From an uncultured Lachnospiraceae bacterium (GTDB lineage: Bacteria > Bacillota > Clostridia > Lachnospirales > Lachnospiraceae): a DNA stretch of 64,000 bases. Below are positions 60,422 to 64,000 of the stretch, in pieces. The DNA is taken from NCBI GenBank assembly GCA_948957135.1, contig CARDBT010000016.1:2000-65999 (forward strand). Direction: 5' to 3'. The translations under genes and the position numbers were made by a program. How positions within the stretch are numbered: the stretch's first letter is position 1; each line of letters begins with the position of its first letter. The notes under the pieces were generated by a model. It had not been told where the DNA came from, did not search any database, and saw only the letters and a program-made list of their open reading frames with translations.

Positions 60422-60540
60422 AAACATATATTCCGAAAAATTGTTTGGAAATTTTATTGGAAAGTATTGACAAGCAAAACTTTGTTCTGTATAATCTGTT
60501 TTAAACAGCTGTTCGGAATAATTGTTTGGAAATTATGTTC
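60422..60540. promoter_or_regulatory. lexA/yneA divergent promoter with multiple SOS-box-like sites
   Basis: TTGACA (60467-72), 17 bp, TATAAT (60490-95); GAAC-N4-GTTC-like sites at 60422, 60435, 60476, 60503, 60516, 60529. Confidence 0.75.
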
Positions 60541-60568
60541 GTTTTATTTGCTGCAAAGGAGTTAATTT

Positions 60569-60943
60569 ATGAATAATACAGATTACACAACAAAGGCGCT
60601 GATCAACAGGCAAAACCGTAGAAGACAAGTGAGACAGCATAGGATTGCACTGATCCTGTCTCTGTTCTCCATTATCACAGCATCAATTTTGCTTATTTCT
60701 TTTTCGACAGAAGCAAACGATATGGAGCATCAGCCCTCCTATAAATACTATAAGAGTATCGAAATAACGAAAGGTGACACCTTATGGTCGATCGCCAATG
60801 ACAATTTTGACTCAGCACACTATAAAGACATCAATGAATATGTATCAGAAGTAAAAAAGCTGAATACACTGTCCTCTAATGACATTATTGCTGGGCGCTA
60901 TGTTATCGTTCCGTATTACGCATCTGAATTTGTCAGTGATTAG
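60569..60943 (+). CDS. yneA: YneA-like SOS cell-division inhibitor (TM + LysM)
   Basis: One TM helix, then KGDTLWSIA...KKLN...IIAG LysM; divergent from lexA. Confidence 0.8.
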   Translation: MNNTDYTTKALINRQNRRRQVRQHRIALILSLFSIITASILLISFSTEANDMEHQPSYKYYKSIEITKGDTLWSIANDNFDSAHYKDINEYVSEVKKLNTLSSNDIIAGRYVIVPYYASEFVSD

Positions 60944-60982
60944 TAACTTTTGGAGCTGATCCCTCGATCCAAAAGTTACTAA
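60940..60982. terminator. hairpin between convergent genes
   Basis: TTAGTAACTTTTGGA...TCCAAAAGTTACTAA. Confidence 0.75.
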
Positions 60983-61000
60983 CAAAAGTTCCTAAGTTTA

Positions 61001-62062
61001 TCAGCGCTTTTCCCTTAGAGTGACAGCTTTCGCTGCCTGACGGCGTCTGTCCTCCTCGAGCGCAGCATAATGCTTTCTGGTGGTATTGACATCCTTATGG
61101 CCAAGAACGTCCGCCACAAGATAAATATCCCCTGTTTCCCTGTATAGAGTTGTACCGTAAGTACTTCGCAGCTTGTGAGGGGTGATCTTTTTGAGCGTAG
61201 TGACAACCGAAGCATACTTTTTAACGAGATTCTCCACTGCGCGCACCGTGATTCGCTTATTTTGCATAGACAGAAACAGTGCGTCTTCGTGGCCCTGAAC
61301 AGGAGTCATGGCTGTGCGCTGTTCGAGATAATCGAGCAGCGCAAGCTCGACCTCTTCACCAAAGTATACAACAGCTTCATAACCACCTTTGCGCCGTATT
61401 TTAACACCGTTGTTCTTGAAGTCTATATCCTGTATATCAATACCTACGCACTCTGATACACGGATCCCTGTTCCAAGCATCAGTGTCAGCAGGGCAATAT
61501 CTCTCAATTTATTTTTCTCGTGATACTGCATCTGTTTTTGGGTAAGATTTTCCCCGGTTTCGACTGTATCAAGCAATATGGCTACCTCATCAGGATCCAG
61601 TCGGACAATTTCCTTATCATGCAGTTTAGGCATTTGGACAAGAGCGGCAGGATTTTTTTCAATCATCTCATTTTTGAAAAAATAGTTGTAAAAACTTCGC
61701 AAAGAAGCAAGCTTTCTAGCCTTCCCCCTCTCGTCATTCATATATTCCTTGCCTTCTTTGGTATAATAAGTGCAGTGTTCCAAATACTCTTCAATATCCA
61801 TCCTTGTAATCAGATCCAGGATTTCAAGTCGATATTCCTTGATGGGTGTTTTTCTGAATACGGAATTATTATCATGAAGGTACTCGAAAAAGACCCGGAT
61901 ATCGTATGCATATGCAACACGTGTCCTGCTCGATATGTATTCCTGCATTCCCCGGAAATACTGCCCGCAAAAGGGTGGAAGAGTGTCCAGTATTTCTCTT
62001 AAGTGTACTATATTTTTCTTGTTTACCTCATCGTGATAGGTTGACTTATTTACTTTCTCCAC
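61001..62062 (-). CDS. XerC/XerD-like tyrosine recombinase
   Basis: RKLASLRSF, GIRVSE, RKGG, HKLR, LGH, terminal HY catalytic set. Confidence 0.92.
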   Translation of the reverse strand: MEKVNKSTYHDEVNKKNIVHLREILDTLPPFCGQYFRGMQEYISSRTRVAYAYDIRVFFEYLHDNNSVFRKTPIKEYRLEILDLITRMDIEEYLEHCTYYTKEGKEYMNDERGKARKLASLRSFYNYFFKNEMIEKNPAALVQMPKLHDKEIVRLDPDEVAILLDTVETGENLTQKQMQYHEKNKLRDIALLTLMLGTGIRVSECVGIDIQDIDFKNNGVKIRRKGGYEAVVYFGEEVELALLDYLEQRTAMTPVQGHEDALFLSMQNKRITVRAVENLVKKYASVVTTLKKITPHKLRSTYGTTLYRETGDIYLVADVLGHKDVNTTRKHYAALEEDRRRQAAKAVTLREKR

Positions 62063-62191
62063 TTGAGCAACTCCCTAATAATTTACAAATCTTTAGTATA
62101 AATATCCCCAATAATATGCTATAATCATATTATACCATTTTACAAAAAAATTCCAATAAAAAATTGGAAAAGATAGGAGACTGGTCAGAAA

Positions 62192-63583
62192 ATGAAAAAT
62201 AATAAAGAATATATTAAATGGGGGCTTACAGCATTTTTAGTGATTCTTGGAGGTTTTGCGAGTTATTATGTGATCTTTCATGTTGACAGTCTTTCTTTGA
62301 CTCTAAGAAATCTTTTTACGATACTAATGCCGATCATAGATGGTTTCATACTCGCATACTTGCTTGCTCCGCTTGTAAATGCAACAGAGCGTGTTATCAC
62401 AACCCCCTTTTTTGCCCTGATCAAAAAAGAGGATAAAAGAAATCCAAAACGTTTCCTTTCCATTATTATTACTGATGTATTTGTTTTGTGGGCGGTGTAT
62501 ACTTTTTTCTCAGTCGTCATACCGCAAATTGCGAACAGTATCCGAACTATACTAGAGCAGTTTCCCAATTATATCAACACATTTGGTTTATGGATCTCAA
62601 AACTCTTAAATGACAACCCGGAGTTTCAGAAAAGTGTTATGGAATTTTTAAACGAATCTTCCATGGATTTTACAACTGTAATCAATACCAAATTGTTGCC
62701 TCAACTTAACAGCATTAACAATGTAACAGAGATGTTATCACAGTTTAGTGGAATCATCAATGTGATCACATCTGTTTCGATGAGTGTGTATTCAATATTT
62801 AAAGAAATATGGAATTTAGTGATTGGATTTGTCATATCCATTTATTTATTAGCCAGCAAGGAATTGTTTGCAGCACAGGCGAAAAAAGTGGTGTATGCGT
62901 TTTGTTCCGTTAACCGTGCAAATCGCTTTATAAGCAATGTGCGTTTTGCACATAAAACTTTTGGTGGATTCTTTGTTGGAAAAATATTGGATTCCATCAT
63001 TATCGGTGTAATTTGTTTTGCTGTTACAAGCATACTTGGAACACCATTTTGCGTATTGATCAGTGTAATTATCGGAGTTACAAATATCATCCCATTTTTT
63101 GGACCTTTTTTGGGTGCGATTCCATCTACATTATTGATTCTATTTATTGATCCGTTACAGGCTCTCTATTTTGTAATATTTGTCATAATACTACAGCAGG
63201 TTGATGGAAATATTATAGGGCCTAAAATACTCGGAAGTTCCACCGGATTATCAAGTTTTTGGGTAATCTTCTCAATCACATTGTTTGGTGGTATCTGGGG
63301 AATTTTGGGAATGATCATTGGTGTGCCAATTTTTGCCATATTATTTGCCTTTATGAAATCTTTGATCGAGACAAAACTCTCTGCAAAAAATTTATCTCCA
63401 GAAACTCGAAAATATCTGCGATTGCTATATATCGATATCGATTCAAAAGAATATAAGGAATTTCCTGAAAATGCCAAAAAACCTTTTGCAGATATCACAC
63501 AGATTCTAGTCAAAGGACACGAAAAGATGAAATTAAAACAAGAAAATATTAAAGCAAATGACTCTATAGATGATAACAAATAA
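62192..63583 (+). CDS. AI-2E family transporter
   Basis: LAYLLAPLV, TNIIPFFGPFLG, QQVDGNIIGPKILG, GMIIGVP. Confidence 0.93.
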   Translation: MKNNKEYIKWGLTAFLVILGGFASYYVIFHVDSLSLTLRNLFTILMPIIDGFILAYLLAPLVNATERVITTPFFALIKKEDKRNPKRFLSIIITDVFVLWAVYTFFSVVIPQIANSIRTILEQFPNYINTFGLWISKLLNDNPEFQKSVMEFLNESSMDFTTVINTKLLPQLNSINNVTEMLSQFSGIINVITSVSMSVYSIFKEIWNLVIGFVISIYLLASKELFAAQAKKVVYAFCSVNRANRFISNVRFAHKTFGGFFVGKILDSIIIGVICFAVTSILGTPFCVLISVIIGVTNIIPFFGPFLGAIPSTLLILFIDPLQALYFVIFVIILQQVDGNIIGPKILGSSTGLSSFWVIFSITLFGGIWGILGMIIGVPIFAILFAFMKSLIETKLSAKNLSPETRKYLRLLYIDIDSKEYKEFPENAKKPFADITQILVKGHEKMKLKQENIKANDSIDDNK

Positions 63584-63587
63584 TCTT

Positions 63588-63617
63588 AAAAATACCTGCA
63601 GGCCTGCAGGTATTTTT
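63588..63617 (+). terminator. perfect palindromic terminator
   Basis: AAAAATACCTGCAGGCCTGCAGGTATTTTT. Confidence 0.8.
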
Positions 63618-63698
63618 ATTTATAAATAAATCCTCAAACGCTAACATATTGTTATTGCAAATGTACAATAAGAGCGAAATCAAAATGTATTACATTGA

Positions 63699-63905
63699 AA
63701 ATATCAATCATTAAGATTTCTCATAAAACAAATTTGAAAATGTAGAAACCCAAAATATTAGATTGTAAATATCAATTCATTAAGAATCCTCATAAAAACA
63801 AATTTATCAATACAGAAACCCAAAATATTAGATTACAAAAATCAATCCATTAACAATCCTCATAAAAACAAACCAAACAGTGCAAATATCAAAAAATTCG
63901 AGAAC
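63699..63905. repeat. non-coding tandem repeat, 68-70 nt unit, about 3 copies
   Basis: ATCAAT..CATTAA..T.CTCATAAAA(A)CAAA at 63703, 63771, 63841; AGAAACCCAAAATATTAGATT at 63744 and 63814. Confidence 0.85.
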
Positions 63906-64000
63906 TAAAACACCAATAATTGATAATCCCAATACTTTAACGAATAGTTGGCGTAGAAATCCCGCAAGACCAAGAACAATCACGCTACAACTATTCGTTA

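Noticed and set aside
61001..62062. Prophage or ICE integrase
   Set aside because: Flanked by housekeeping genes; no excisionase, repressor or att repeat seen
62110..62140. dif site
   Set aside because: Central spacer is 5 bp not 6 and the TTATGTAAA-type arm is absent; better explained as divergent -10 boxes
63699..63905. CRISPR array
   Set aside because: Whole unit is conserved with no unique spacers; no cas genes in the window

Overview
Mostly core-genome DNA of a spore-forming, probably motile Clostridia-class Firmicute (gene content and protein style suggest Lachnospiraceae; this is inference). Genes are dense and mostly on the + strand: ilvB-ilvN-ilvN-ilvC, ruvAB, zapA-U32-(SEDS/PBP fusion), a CheX-like/CheY/NUDIX module, sporulation genes (ytfJ/gerW, ylbJ), rpmB-asp23-fakA-recG-degV, pta, parE-parC, rsmD-coaD, recU, hisZGDB, a GH25 autolysin, radical SAM pair-rng, rplU-prp-rpmA-obg-yhbY-nadD-yqeK-rsfS, lexA/yneA, a Xer-type recombinase and an AI-2E transporter. 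One ~4 kb accessory islet (about 24.5-28.7 kb) holds an orphan cysteine-rich flagellin, decayed mobile-element gene fragments, an internally deleted ~260 nt group II intron and an orphan secreted protein. The most notable items are a predicted tandem MshEN-like (c-di-GMP-binding) repeat protein fused to a CheX-type phosphatase next to a stand-alone CheY, the Cys-cluster flagellin, the miniature intron, the SEDS-transpeptidase fusion, 13-bp-phased LexA boxes, a small sigmaE-type ORF missing from the ORF track and a ~70 nt non-coding tandem repeat. No rRNA, tRNA or CRISPR array was seen. All family assignments come from motif recognition by eye, not database searches; several start codons were moved to RBS-supported positions.
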